A stretch of 64,000 nucleotides of DNA from Octopus sinensis (GCF_006345805.1 NC_043000.1:145886001-145950000); one strand, 5' to 3'. Counted from the stretch's first letter, positions 28,200 through 42,580 are shown. Notes: a model not told the origin generated them from the letters alone. Program-made: numbers and translations.

Positions 28200-28905
28200 T
28201 ATGAAACCAAAATAGTTTTCTCTACATCCTACAAACATATCAGTTTGGGGCAAAAGTAACGAGCGCTTTAAAGATCTAACGTAAAAAGGAATCAGCCAAT
28301 GACTATGGAAATATTTATTCATTAACATACTCTCTATTGCTTTCAATGACATCATTCCATCTTTCAACAAACTTATAAATGCCTCGTTTGTAAAATTATG
28401 TAGGTTTAGAACCAAAATAGGAACCCAACTCATTTTCAATATCTTCTCTTGTTGTTAACCAACGCCCATCAAAATGGTTCTGTAATCCTCGGAACAAATG
28501 GTAATCAGAAAGAGCAAAGTCAGGAGAATATGGAGGATGAGGCAGTATTTCCCAACCAACTTCTTCCAAGAGAGTTTTTGTCAGTCGGGCTGTGTGAGGA
28601 CGAGCATTATCGTGATGGAAGACACCCTTTCTGTTAACCAAGAATGATCGCTTTTGGCTCAGAATTGGTTTTCAAACGATGAAGTTGCTCACAGTAAAGA
28701 TTTGCATTAATTGTGTGGTTGTTGTCCAGCATTTCATAATGGATTACTCCTTAAATATCTCATCATACACTCCGCATGATCTTCTTTGGATGAAGTCCTG
28801 CGAACCGTCGTTGAACTGGCTGTCCTCCTCGGCGGATCCAAGAACGGCGGCGTTTAACATTGCTGTAAAGAATCCACCTCTCATCACCTGAAACAAGCCT
28901 GTTTA
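28200..28905 (-). mobile_element. mariner transposase C-terminal half
   Basis: GDERWILYSN, HHDNARPH, PHPPYSPDFALSDYHLF and FYKRGIYKFVERW. Confidence 0.9.
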
Positions 28906-28959
28906 AAATTGTTGCTTTAAGGTGACGGGATAGTAATATGACACCATATATAATATATA

Positions 28960-29015
<56 letters not shown>

Positions 29016-29439
29016 AAAACAAGTCAAAAATGGAAAATGCTAAGATAATTTATAGTGAATCTTTCATTACCGTTTCGGTCATTTTGAGACCTTTTCAACT
29101 GTAACGATTAAATAATAAATTTAGAAAAATTAGAAGAAAAGTTTTTTTAAAAGAATATTTCTATAGTAGTGTTCAGATATAAGTAGCATTCTGCCTTTCT
29201 CTGGCTCCCTTGTTTGCACTTGTGTGTTCGAGGTCGTTGTGAGTTCTTGGTAGGGTAGGTGACGAATAAGGAGGCTGATGTGGAGAGGGGGTGGGGAAAT
29301 CTGGGAATGCCTTGATGGTCGTATTTTGAATGGTCAGTGGCTGGCAGCAGTCGCAGTTCAATTCAGGAATTGTTTATGGAATTTGCGTAGGCGTTATACT
29401 GAAAGACATTAGTGACAAGGTTAAGGGATGGAAGGTGCA

Positions 29440-29606
29440 GAAGTAGAAGAAGAAGAAGAAGAAGATGACGATGTTGATGATGATGAAGAAGAAGAAGAAG
29501 AAGAAGAAGGAGAAGAAGATGATGTTGATGATGGTGGTGATGATGATGACGACGATGATGATGATAATGATGATGATGATGAAGAAGAAGAGGAAGAAGA
29601 AGAAAA
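29440..29606. repeat. (GAA)n/(GAT)n microsatellite
   Basis: Direct reading; source of the poly-E/D ORF. Confidence 0.9.
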
Positions 29607-30731
29607 AAACAGTATATATATATATATATATGCCAAAGTTTCTTTATTCCACACGGGTAGAAATATTGTAAAAGTAAAATTTGAAAATACGCTGAGAATA
29701 GTTAAAATCATTTTTAATAATATATTTGAAGCTTTATCCAGTTTCACTTTTTTAAAATCACTGTAAACTGTGAAACTGGTTAAAGCTTCAAATGTATTAA
29801 TAAAAAAAATGTTTTAACTATTCTCATTGCATTTTCAACTTCTATTTTTCTTTCATATATACTATTATACGTGCAATATTCGATATTTAACTCTATGCAG
29901 GAGCACATATACAATTATGCCGCAACTTGCCTGGAAATTCTTCACAGAAATTCATTCATTATACTAACATACTACAGGAAAATAATCTAATACGATGTGT
30001 AAGAATGTACGCCTTATGCTCACATATAATGGAATGATAGATTTCTGCATTTCCTACTCTCGCACACACTTTTCATATTATCTCTGAAAGCTAGTTATCA
30101 TTAACTTTTAACAAAGTTCAAATTTTCATTTAACTACAAATTATTAATAACTTCGCTTTAAGACAACGAGATTAATTATTTCTCTGATTAGCTTCTCTTC
30201 TGTCATTAACAGCAGCTTCCTCATCAATAATAATTTCATCCGTCAACTTGGATATAATTAAAAGCAATAACGTGGTGTTTGGGGCTATTTCATAGATCTC
30301 AACTACTACATGCAGTGAGCTCTGATTTACATTCACGTTCGTATAGAGGTGCAAGGCAGATTTATCAGTCGGCTCAGAACGTTATTTTTTTTAAACAAAA
30401 AGGAAAATAGCCTAACATGAGAACAGAAACGCAAAAAAAAGGATGGCATACTCTATGATCCTGTATTTATACGCTCCGTCTTTGAGCACACGAACAATAA
30501 CAACATACGTTTTATGTATTTGCCAACATAATCTTATGAGGTGATTTAATTTGAAATTAATTAATAGTTCACTACTTAAAATTAATCTACAGTATAAACT
30601 AAAGCAAACCCTACATCTGCTGGTAACACAAAACATTCACTTAATACTAAATATAAGACTTTTATGGAGCAAGATGTTCTCAGTAAATGCAAGCATATGT
30701 ATATATATGAATGTATGTATATATATATATG

Positions 30732-30774
<43 letters not shown>

Positions 30775-30846
30775 TATATTATATATATAATATATATAAA
30801 TATAATATATATATCTATATATAGTATATATATATATATGTTATAT

Positions 30847-30877
<31 letters not shown>

Positions 30878-31124
30878 TATATACATATATACATATATAC
30901 AAACAAATCTGAAGTTGCCATAAGTGTTATGGAACAGGATGACGGCCTGGTCCTGAAAAAAATCTATTCTAAGTACCTGAAAGCAGGAGGCGAATCAAAA
31001 CTCATATGTCTACTCTACTCAAGCTGCTTACAAACCCAGCAAATGACCTATATAAAACAGATATTTGCTCTTCAATAAATCACCGAGAAATTCATAGAAT
31101 TCAACAGACTTCTATACATATACG

Positions 31125-32144
31125 TTAGGTTGTTCGGAAAACACTGATCGGTGTTTTTGAAAAGATTTTTTCAAATTCAATTTACGATGTTATTTTTGTA
31201 GTGTTTTTGATGACGTTTTACATGCTTAATAATTGGTGTGTACTCTTTAATAATGTTTTATTGATTTCTTTCCTAATATAACTTTGAAGTAGAGAAATCC
31301 TTAATTTCAAACATGAAAAAAGAAAAAAATATATTGTGTTTACTTTTAGCATGAATTCAAGCTTGGACGTAATTCTTCGCAAACATCAGAGAATATCAAC
31401 TTGGTGAAGGATCTAAGGGCGATCGGACAGTATGACAGAGGTTTGAGAGATTCCATAGTGAGGATGAAAGCCTTAAAATTTAAGAAGGTTGACGTCCATC
31501 AACTCTTGATCATCTGCTTTTGAAAACCATAGTCGAACACAACTCACAACAAAGTGTTAGACAAATGTTTCATGTTTGGTGTCAGTGTTTCAGCAGTATC
31601 AGATCACCTGAAGGAAATGGGCAAAGTGAAAAATCTCGATAAATGGGTCTTGCATGACCTGAATGAAAATCAATGACTTCGGCATTTAGAAGTGTGTTCG
31701 ATGTTCACTATGCGAAATTTTGATGACTCATTTCTTGATCGAATAGTTACTTGTGACGAAAAGTGGATCCGTTATGAGAAAAGTAGAAGATCGGGTCAAT
31801 AACTTGATCTTGGTGAAACACAGACTTGGGATACGAGGCTACCACATCCTACACATTTTCATGAAATTTCGCCAACTGACTCTCACATTTTCAAGCATCA
31901 AGACACTTTTTTAAGGCAAAAAACCCCCCGTTCCAAAAGTGAGGTCGAAACTGAATTCATGTATTAAATGGAAACAAAATCTTTAGATTTTTATTGAAGA
32001 GGCATATGTGAAATTGTTAATCGATGGCAGAAATGCATAGCTCTTTAGGGATCATATTATGAATTATTAAAACTTGTTATAAGTGCAATTTTTCAATAAT
32101 GTCGGCTTAGTTTTAAAATGTGCCATTATGTTCGGAACAACCTA
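31125..32144 (+). mobile_element. Internally deleted mariner
   Basis: TIRs TTAGGTTGTTCGGAA / TTCGGAACAACCTA; remnants FKLGRNS, GRPS, FLDRIVTCDEKW and SPTDSHIFKH. Confidence 0.85.
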
Positions 32145-33239
32145 GTTTATATATATATATATATCATTTGCCATGATAGATCGTTAGCCACTACACATTC
32201 TTTATTTTCTTTCCTTATGTCTTTCTGTGGAAGAGCGTAGGCTCGAAACGTTAAAGACATTTTCACTTCCCGAGCGTTATACTACTGTATGTTTGTTTTC
32301 TACACCACCTATCTCCGTTTTATGTGTTTTTGTTTTGTGACTTCTCCCTACATATATATATATATATATATAGATACACACAAAATATATTCTGAAAACA
32401 AAGGAAGTAAAATCAATTAGCCCAATTCTACTCATTCGTTCATTTTAATGCATTACGTAAAGAAATTTAAATTTCAATAGTCAATTGAACCTCATCTGAA
32501 ATAGGGAGTGCCATGGTTAGAACTATTTACAGAATTTTAGCAAAGAAAATAATTGTTACAACATGATGAAGTTATTCTCATTTTATGCTAATACACGCGG
32601 TTTCTGCGGTATATATTTTCCATTTATCATTATGGTTGTTACCGACGCACTTGGCTTTTACTGCTGTGTTATACCAGCTCGGTTATCACTTTTAGTTTTC
32701 CAGTGATCAGAATATAATAGTTTTCACGCATTATACATGTAAGACTACTTCATTTTGCTTGCTAACTTCCATTGTTTCCTATCGTATATTACGTTTCAAG
32801 GCAGAAGAAATATTTCAGCACTATATTGTTGACGTTTTTTTCACAATTGAACCTATACGTTTTCTAAAACCTATGACTATTAAATCGACTATAACCGATT
32901 ATTATTTGAATAGACAATAAAACATGTTAAGCAATTTCATAACGTTCAAAAATGTCGAATTACGATTGTGATATATTGCTGTATAATTTGGGGATTATAT
33001 AGTAGATATATAACCAGTAGACACTTCAACTTCATTTACATTGAACATAGAAATTTGTAAAAGTTGCTGAAATGGAACAAAAATTTTACAAGGTGCAATA
33101 TATATTTAAGTTGCTAAGTATAAACAGTAATTGTTTGTCGAACAACAGTGTAATTTCATTTTTGATACCGTGCAAAATAGACGTGAAACGAGAGGTGTGG
33201 GACTGAGCGATATGCAGTAGTATAAGCAAGAAAATAATT

Positions 33240-33295
<56 letters not shown>

Positions 33296-33379
33296 AAATA
33301 AATAGATAGATAGATATGTATATATATATATATGTATATATTATATATATAGAGAGAGAAGAGAGATTGAGAGAGAGAG

Positions 33380-33429
<50 letters not shown>

Positions 33430-33505
33430 ATTATATAATATATATATATATTATATATATATATATATGTATGTATGTATATATATTATATATATATATA
33501 TATAT

Positions 33506-33567
<62 letters not shown>

Positions 33568-33909
33568 ATTGGTGAATTGAAGAAATGGAGCTGAACGCAG
33601 ATAGATTGAACAGAAATCGTTTTATTTCATTTCTACACGTGTTTCGAAAGGCACAAATTACCAAAATCCGATTGAATAATGGGACCATTGTGTCTTTCTC
33701 TTCAGGAAGAAAAAAGAAATCCGTTGGAAAAACAAAAACAGAACAGAGGCAGAGCAAAAAACCAAATCGAACTGTGCTCCTAAGAGCCCATGGCGAAACT
33801 GTTTCACTGCTGTGATTTTTGCTACTAAGGTATCGGTTAAACTTTTGATTAATCCACTACAAGATTATTCATCTTTCTATTTCACATAATATATATATAT
33901 ATATATATA

Positions 33910-34480
33910 TATTTAAATATATAAGGACACAGGAAATGTGTCAAGGCCGACAGGAAGCGTCGATGCTTCCTAGGGCTAAACAGCGGTGGTGAAATTCCCT
34001 TACAGGACTCTCACGTTAGCTTGACAGTATAAAACCACTCTACCGCTCCACCACCGTACATATCTCTATGAGATATTTAGAAATTTAATATTTCTGATTT
34101 ATTTAAATATTATTTTTAGGGAATAAAAATTCCGGCATAACAGAGGTTCAAATTATTCTCAATGAAGAAATATATTTTAATTTAGAGAGAGTAGGCCCCT
34201 ACATCTTACCATATAAGAATAGTTTTAATTTTTATTTTAAATACCTACTGTTTTATTGATTGGCAACACGTGTTTCATGAGGTACATCCTCGGGTTCCTA
34301 AACCACTCCGTGTTTTCCTGGAACCCTTCTTAAAATGTTACCCCAATCATCAGGCTCTTATATCACTTTATCAGCGTTCAATACAATAGACTATATTTTA
34401 ATTTAAAAAGCCCTTAAGTATGTGTAAAATAGGTATGTTTATATTAGTTTCACTGGACTCTACAGTATAAGCCTTTAAAA
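33910..34480 (-). mobile_element. HHR-bearing repeat, family shared with 27.5 kb
   Basis: Minus strand reads CTGATGA (34353-34347), TGGGGTAACA/TGTACCTCA stem, GAAA, ACACGTGT palindrome; outer limits approximate. Confidence 0.6.
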
Positions 34481-35295
34481 ATACAAGTCCTGATGTTGAT
34501 TTGTTCAGCTAAAACCCTCCTACAGGATGGTCACAGTCAAATGACTGAAACCTTTAAAGAACATAAGGTTAAAATAAATTATATTTTTTATATGTATGTA
34601 TACACATACACACGCGCGTACACACTTATGATATATATATATAATTTTAATCCAAACGGGAAAACAAAAAACAACAACAGTGGAACAATTACAGTATTAT
34701 TATTAATAGGCGCTCAGGAAATATGGAAGCAGGAAGGTATGACGTTTCGAGCGGAGCTCTTCATCGGAAACATAAAGAAGGAAGAGAGAGGAAAGAAAGA
34801 TCCCGAAGTGGGCAACAAGAGATGGAGAAAAAAACGACTGGTGTTTACGAAGTACACATGGTGAAAGGCGGAAGTTTACGATAAAAGAGCAAAGTAGGTT
34901 TTTAAAGCCAAAAGAGTGGAGACAGGGTTGGTAACGCAACAGATGTTGTGTGTATGTGTGAGTGTGTGCGTGTGCGTGTTGGGTATGTGTGTTGAGGCGA
35001 GATAAAAAAACAAAAAAAATATTAATGTGTTTTAGTGTGTGCGTCTGTGTGTAGGCGTGTGAGGTAGGGCGAACAGTAGTAGGCAACAGACAGTGGTTAG
35101 TAGTAACAAAATGAAGGAAGGAGGAAGGGAGGGAGGGGAAGGGGTGGGGGCGTATGTAACGTGCCAGCGTGTGTTGAGTAGTAGTGTGTGTGTGTGTCCA
35201 GTGTCGTGGTAGTATTAATGGATGCACTTGTATTTTTACAATAAAACATTGATATGAAATATTTTTATATGAAAATTCAATTTTATGCCGTTATC

Positions 35296-35341
<46 letters not shown>

Positions 35342-35343
35342 GT

Positions 35344-35394
<51 letters not shown>

Positions 35395-36764
35395 CTGTGT
35401 GTCTGTGTATATATATATATATGCAAGATGGGATAATGAAGATAAAAAATTATACATTGTAATAAAAGATGTTTTATTGTAAAAATACTAGTGCATATTT
35501 TCACGAAGTGTTTCATATAGGAAAACAATTTTATCGAATTCGGCGTAAATGTTTTCATAAAAACTGTCACTGAATAAACATTGGCACTTTTTTTAACTAA
35601 ATCTTTTCCCCAAGACAAAAAAGATCACATTTCCATAACTGGTTTACTGTGTTATCATCTTTAAAACTGTTTTACAATACAATTTCTATCTCATGTGAGG
35701 GAGGCGCACAAGAGTATAATTTTAATCAGAAATGTAATTTCCGAGACAATTGTCTTGGGCTGTTTAATCCTGTTTCATGTCGCTTACATTTTGTTGATAA
35801 TGTTATATATTAAAGTTTTTTTTTTTTTTGGAAAATAGTATTTCTAAATACATAGGCGAATATGATTTATTTAAACAAGAATATCAGCGTAACAAGAATA
35901 TCAGATGAAAACATGACGTAACAGACTTCTGATTTTACAAGGAAAAACAAAAGGTTATTTTTCAAGCACAAAAAATTCTGCTTTATGTTTTAAGAATATG
36001 ATAATACAAGGCAGCAGTGTCAGCTAATGAAGGTGACGAAATTTTAGTTTTCAGTTTGTATATGTTTAAAAGAAGTGCGTTGCTTGATTGCTTCATAGCT
36101 GTTTCGTCGTTGAGTCGCTGCACAGCTAGAATGGACTGAATAACTTGATAAGACATGTTCTTCACAATTTTCATTATGCTCACTCAACAGAATTTACCTT
36201 TCATGCAGTTACCTGTTTCACTTGCAATATATCATTATGCTTGTCACACCTGTGTCTCCAATGTTGTGTTCACGACAATGTTTACATGATATAATTGTAT
36301 ATTAATTTGTCTGAATGACAAGCACAGAATGTTATTAATCTTTAATATAGAATCCTCTTTCAAATGAATCTTATGTCCTTCAAATAAATGACTAAATGTT
36401 AGACTGTATAATCAGCTGTATTTAGTGACTTTAGGGTTCGTTGATAATGTATGTATTTTTGCGTTGGTCAAAATCCTTTTTGGTGAATGCACTTGTCCCT
36501 TACTTTTATTAATCAAGGGGATTTGGAAACACGCAAAATTTCAATGAGACGCTAAAGATAATTTTAATATAGGCCAGATTTATTGTTCGAATGTGCACAG
36601 TGAGTTGTTTCAAAATTGATTTCATACTGCTTAATTTTTTGTCCACTGAACAATTCATATTTCTCATATACGTAATTTACATCCCCTCTCTTTCTGTGCA
36701 TTTCCTTCCTCCGAGATATGCATACACACAAACACGCGTGCGCACGGACACACATATAGATAAA

Positions 36765-36775
36765 TAGGTAGATAA

Positions 36776-36806
<31 letters not shown>

Positions 36807-36920
36807 GATAGATAGATAGATAGACAGATTGATAGATAGATAAATAGATAGACAGATAGATAGATAAATAGATAGATAAATAGATAGATAGATAGATAGG
36901 TAGATAGATAGATAGGTAGA
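36765..36920. repeat. (GATA)n microsatellite; apparent insertion site of the Tx1 pair
   Basis: Direct reading; further (GATA)n tracts at about 14205, 14710, 42700, 43805 and 60815. Confidence 0.95.
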
Positions 36921-37945
36921 TATGTTTCTTTATTAGCCACACAGGGCTGCACACAGATAGAACAAATTACAAGGTAGAGCTTTTCTTTTGAAGGTAAAAA
37001 AAAAAAATAATAATAATAAAATAAAAAATAAAATAAAATAAAAAAGGGGGGGGTCGATCAAAAGGGATCGTAAAAGGAGAGAAAGAGGACAAAAAAAGGG
37101 GGGGTTAAAAAAAAAGGGGGAGAGGAAAAAAAAATTGATCAATAGGGATCGTTATCACAGAAATGTCAATATGAAGTGTAAAGGGGAGGACAGGTGAGGT
37201 TTACCCGTGGAAAGAAAAGCCTACGGAAAAGACCACGGTAACCTCGGTCAATGAAGTCACATGTTAGATTTCTTTTTTTTTTCTTTGCAAATAAGCAACT
37301 CTCTGTATTAATTTTTACGGTTCATAGAATCATAGTCAAGGTGGCTTCGTCATTCATACGTGCCTCCTTGCTACATTCACCCATTTTTTTAAAACATTCA
37401 CTAGACAAAAATGCCTCTCTACTCTCACTTTTTTCTTCAAATGATACTTGAAGAAGTTGATGAGAGATTGACCAGAGAGGAAAGTGTTTGTCTCTAATCC
37501 TTTCAGACGCGTCCACCAGATACATTCTTTCGCCATAGCCACAAGTATGATAAAAATAGCTCTTCCTTCCCGTTTGAAGGAAGGAGGCGTGACGATATTA
37601 ACGATAGACTCGGCTGATAAACCGACACGTCCCACACGTGACAGCAGTCGTTCGACATAAGCCCACAGGTGGGAAATTGCTGGACACTGCACGATTGCGT
37701 GCAGAGCGGTTTCGTCGCTCTGCCCGCATCTCGGGCAGGTCGGCCCCGTGTTTCTCGAGCCATGCCTATAGAGCTTATCCCGAACGGGTAGCGCTTCTCG
37801 GTAGCACCGCCAGGCCAGGGATCCCTGGAAGTTGTCCATAGGTCCCGGGCCGAAAGTCGTTTGAAACAGGCGGGTCAGGTATTCCTCGTCGACGCCCAGG
37901 TTTGCCCCGAGCTCGTCGTCGTACCTCCCCTCCACTAATCCCCTA
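36921..37945 (-). mobile_element. Tx1/L1-clade retrotransposon 3' end, copy A
   Basis: ORF 37354-37935 with CPRCGQSDETALHAIVQC zinc knuckle; 3' UTR ends AATAAAGAAACATAT. Confidence 0.85.
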
Positions 37946-37946
37946 G

Positions 37947-39210
37947 ATATGTTTCTTTATTAGCCACACAGGGCTGCACACAGATAGAACAAATTACAAG
38001 GTACAGCTTTTCTTTTGAAGGTATTAAAAAAAAAAAAAAAAAAAAAAAAAGGAAGGGGAGGTTCGATCAAAAGGGATCGTAAAAGGAGAGAAAGAGGACA
38101 AAAATAAGGGGGGGTTAAAAAAAAAAAAAAAAAAAAAAGGGGGGGAGAGGAAAAAAAATGATCAATGGATCGTTATCACAGAAATGTCAATATGAAGTGT
38201 AAAGGGGAGGACAGGTGAGGTTTACCCGTGGAAAGAAAAGCCTGCGGAAAAGACCCGGTAACCTCGGTCAATGAAGTCACATTTATATTTCTTTTTTTTT
38301 TTTTTTTTTTTTTTTTTGCAAATAAGCAACTCTCTGTTTTCGATTTCTGGGTTCATAGGACTATGCTCAAGGTGGCTTCGTCATTCATACGTGCCATTCT
38401 TGCTACATTCACCCATCTTTTTTTAAAACATTCGCTAGACAAAACTTGCCTCTCTACTCTCACTTTCTTTTCAAGTGGTACTTGAAGAAGTTGATGAGAG
38501 ATTGACCAGAGAGGAAAGTGTTTGTCTCCAATCCTTTCAGACGCGTCCACCAGATACATTCTTTCGCCATAGCCACAAGGATGATGAAAATAGCTCTTCT
38601 TCCCGTTTGAAGGAAGGAGGCGTGACAATATTGACGATAGACTCAGCTGATAAACCGACTCGTCCCACACGTGACAGCAGTTGTTCGACATAAGCCCACA
38701 GGTCGGAAATTGTTGGACACTGAACGAGTGCGTGCAGAACGGTTTCGTCGCTCTGACCGCATCTCGGGCAGGTCGGCCCCGTGTTTCTCGAGCCGTGTCT
38801 GTAGAGCTTATCCCGAACGGGTAGCGCTTCTCGGTAGCACTGCCAGGCCAGGGATCTCTGGAAGTTGTCCATGGGCCCTGGCCCGAAAGTCGTCCCGAAC
38901 AGGCGGGTCAGGTACTCCTCGTCGACGTCCAGGTTCGCCCCGAGCTCGTCGTCGTACCTCCCCTCCACTAAAGCCCTATAGAATGCTTTGGTTGTGTTGA
39001 AGTCACTTAAGGTCGACCCAGGACGGCAGAGTTGCTTGAGAGCAACGCGACACTCGCGGTGCCATTCGCCCTTCCTCGGCCTCTTTTTGATCCACGACTG
39101 CAGTTCGGTCATGGAGACGAGCTGCGGGAAAGCGTGCCTCACAAACGGCGACCACACCTGTTCACCGTCGTCTACATAGAGCCAGAGATGTCGCAGTCTC
39201 AGCGCGTGTC
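37947..39210 (-). mobile_element. Tx1/L1-clade retrotransposon 3' end, copy B
   Basis: ORF 38537-39265 with ALPVRDKL and CPRCGQSDETVLHALVQC; near-identical to copy A; 5' end abuts a (GATA)-like tract. Confidence 0.85.
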
Positions 39211-40016
39211 TATAGATAGATAGATACACAGAGAGATAGACAAACAGGGGGCTAAATAGGTACATATATGTATATATGTGTGGGTACAGCGTATGTATGT
39301 ATGAGTATATGTATATATATGCACTTTGATATATGTCCCAGTTTTGTGTTTTTTGTTTATTAAGTTGTTTCTAATATGAATTCAAATATGAATCAGAAGC
39401 AGCGCTAGTGTTGTAAACGTCTTCGACCACACACGATCAGAGTACAAATAACGAACTTGTCTGCCGGTAGGCTGCGACCTTGCGCGGTGGGGATGAATCC
39501 CTCTAAACACCGGGTGTTAAAACAGTTGAAAGTCACCGACAGGGGAAACAAATCGCGCCAAATCCGATTAAAGTCGAATGGACACCGACGTTTCGCCATT
39601 TTTTATGGCTTATAAACATCACTTACCTGAATCAAATTGGAGATTAACTGAACCGCCAGTCCACGACTATATACAAATAGCAACAAAAAAACATTTCTGG
39701 TATGCACTGACAATGGCTATGTAAGAATACATTCAAAATGAATAGATTCAAGTATAAATTACTGTCTTCTTTATTATTTTTATTTTTTTGTGAGGACAGG
39801 ACTCCCTCATGAGGAATTTGCAGATTGTTTGCAACAATGAAGTTCCTAGAATCATAATTATCGTTTCTAGTCTTTTACACAATCTCTATCAAGATATAGA
39901 ATGTATTTGAATTCTGTATTGTCACTTTTATAGCAGTTGAATTTATGTAGACTCTACCGACGCAATATTCTATCCTTGGCCCATTATGAATTTACAACAC
40001 GGAGAAATCGCATCAG

Positions 40017-40055
<39 letters not shown>

Positions 40056-40086
40056 TATATATATAATATATATATAATATACACAC

Positions 40087-40119
<33 letters not shown>

Positions 40120-40128
40120 TATATATAC

Positions 40129-40159
<31 letters not shown>

Positions 40160-40178
40160 CACCACACACAAAAACACA

Positions 40179-40213
<35 letters not shown>

Positions 40214-40974
40214 ACACACAACACACACACACATATATATATATAGTATATATATATGTGTATACACATAATATATATATCAATGTACCACACACTGCAA
40301 AATACAGTGAAATAGGCGATTACTAATTGACAATAGATCCATAATCTTTAAATTTCCACACACAAATAGTCGATTATCATGCGAACAAAAAAATCATTTT
40401 ACAACATTCTGTTAATATAACAACTTAAACCATACACACGTCAACTAATACGTAACAGTTTATATATATGCCTAACAGTTAAAAAATGGTAACTATAAAA
40501 CAAAATTAACACGCCACAGTTGATGCAGATGCACAACGGTTAACATTATTTGCTGCAAATTTACATAAACTCTAGTAATATGAAAAAAAAATGCTTTACA
40601 ATAGTCAGATATATTCCGTATCCAGTTATAGTGGTTGTGAAAGTTTAGTAACTTGTTTATGGATATAGAATTTTATTGCTCTAAATTAATTGTCAAAAAC
40701 TTATACGGAAACGGAAAATTATGTTATAAGATAAAACTTGAACATAGCTGTGTTTTCAAGAAATGAGAAGCTGTTTCAATATTTTTATTTTATTTTATTT
40801 TATTTTATTTTATTTAGTTTCAGCTCGCAAGCTGTGCCATGCTGGGGCACCGCCATTTGGTGTTGCTACATGATTTTACTTCACGAATGCTTTTTAGAAA
40901 ATGCCATTTGGTGCATGAGAGAGTTCGATGCAGCTGCCCTCATCTGCATTTCCTGCCGTGAAGTTGGTTCAGTT

Positions 40975-41835
40975 TCATTTTAAAGACATCTGCATCCACC
41001 CCATGCAGGTCTCTTAGGTTCTTCGGGAGAATATTGAAGAGCTGTGGGCCTCGGAAGCCAAGGCTATTACAGTATATTGTCCTACATCTTGATGGCAAAT
41101 TTGTAGTCATTGGCACTATGCATTGGCACCCAGTTCTGACATTTGTGTAACTCTCGATGCCAAAGTTTGGGACAAGTCCTTCTAGTATCTTCCAGATGTA
41201 TATTATGGCACATCTTTCTCGCCTACGCTCTAAGGAATAGAGTCTCAATCTCTTGAGTCTTTCCCAATAGCTTATAGGCTATCTTCTTCGTGTAGCTTCG
41301 TTGGATCGCCTCAAGTTCTGTGATTAACTTGACACTGGATGGTGACCATAGTTGAGAGCAATAGTCAAAGTGGCTTAGGACAAGTGTCCTCCAGAGGGCC
41401 ATCACGGTTTCCTGGTCTCTTGTTCTAAAGGTTCTAAGAATCCATCCGGTAAGCCGCCTACATTTCATTGCCAATTTAGCAGCATGTACATGAAAGGTTG
41501 CATCATCACTCATGTAAATACCCAGGTCTCGCACTGATTGTGCCTCTGGGATTGCAATCCCTCCAGGTCCAGTGTATTTATTGGGTATTGCATTTAGTTT
41601 TGCATGCTGATAGTATAAACCTTGAAACTTTTTAGCATTGAACTGCATGCTATTCTTTTCAGCCCACTTGTATATTTTGTCCAGCTCACATTGCAGGTGC
41701 TTAGCGTCTTCAGGGTTCTGTATTGCCTGTGAAACTTTTGTATCATCTGCATAACTTGTGATCTTGGCTCTCTGCGTGGCTGAGGGTATGTCTGAGAGGG
41801 CCATTATGAATAGTAGTGGTCCCAGAACAGTGCCA
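40975..41835 (-). mobile_element. CR1-clade LINE reverse transcriptase fragment
   Basis: GTVLGPLLFI, YADDTK, RDLGIYMS, DYCSQLWSP and LYSLERRRER. Confidence 0.92.
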
Positions 41836-41854
41836 ATATATATATATATATTGT

Positions 41855-41896
<42 letters not shown>

Positions 41897-41903
<7 letters not shown>

Positions 41904-42332
41904 ATTTAGAAATGGTCATTTTGCCAGTTTAGCCAAAAACAAACACACGTACCATAAATCTGGTATTACTGTGCTTCAGCGTTATTTAATTTTTACATTA
42001 ATCTTAAACTTATTTCGGCCAGATTTCTTTCATCACACTCTTATGACCGCATCAGTGGTCATTTGCTTTCTTCTTTCTTATTTGTGTGTCTCTCCATACC
42101 AACGGTCAGCCATTTAGTATTTTGTATTTCTATTGTATGTGTCTTCAAATAAGAAAGAAGAAAGCAAAAGGCCACTGATGCGGTCAGAGAAGTGTGACGA
42201 AAGAACTCTAGCCGAAATAAGATTAAGATTAATGTAAAAATTAAATTACGCTGAAGCAAAGTAACACCAAATATATGGTGCGTGTGCTTTTATTAGCTAA
42301 ACTCGCAAAATGACCATTCCTAAATACAACAA
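41897..42332. mobile_element. TA-flanked foldback element (MITE-like) with ~185-bp inverted arms
   Basis: TA|TTGTTGTATTTAG ... CTAAATACAACAA|TA; arms complementary over most of their length. Confidence 0.8.
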
Positions 42333-42470
42333 TATCTGTTTCAACACACGATTTCACATCAACAATCTTGCAAAACAAATATATATATATATAATCTTGT
42401 TGTGTCCCCGTTTATGAGTAGCGATTTATAGTTTAACACTATAACACTCTCTCCCTCTTTCTCTCTCTCA

Positions 42471-42502
<32 letters not shown>

Positions 42503-42580
42503 GCTTCTTTTCTTCTCTACTTTTCTTATATTTGTAAACAGTTTTAATACTGAAATTTCAATAATTGTTGCCTTGGTAGT

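Noticed and set aside
30172-36330. Short ORFs at 30172-30354, 33585-33815 and 35983-36183 as exons
   Set aside because: No recognisable domains, and phases are not compatible with other exon candidates.
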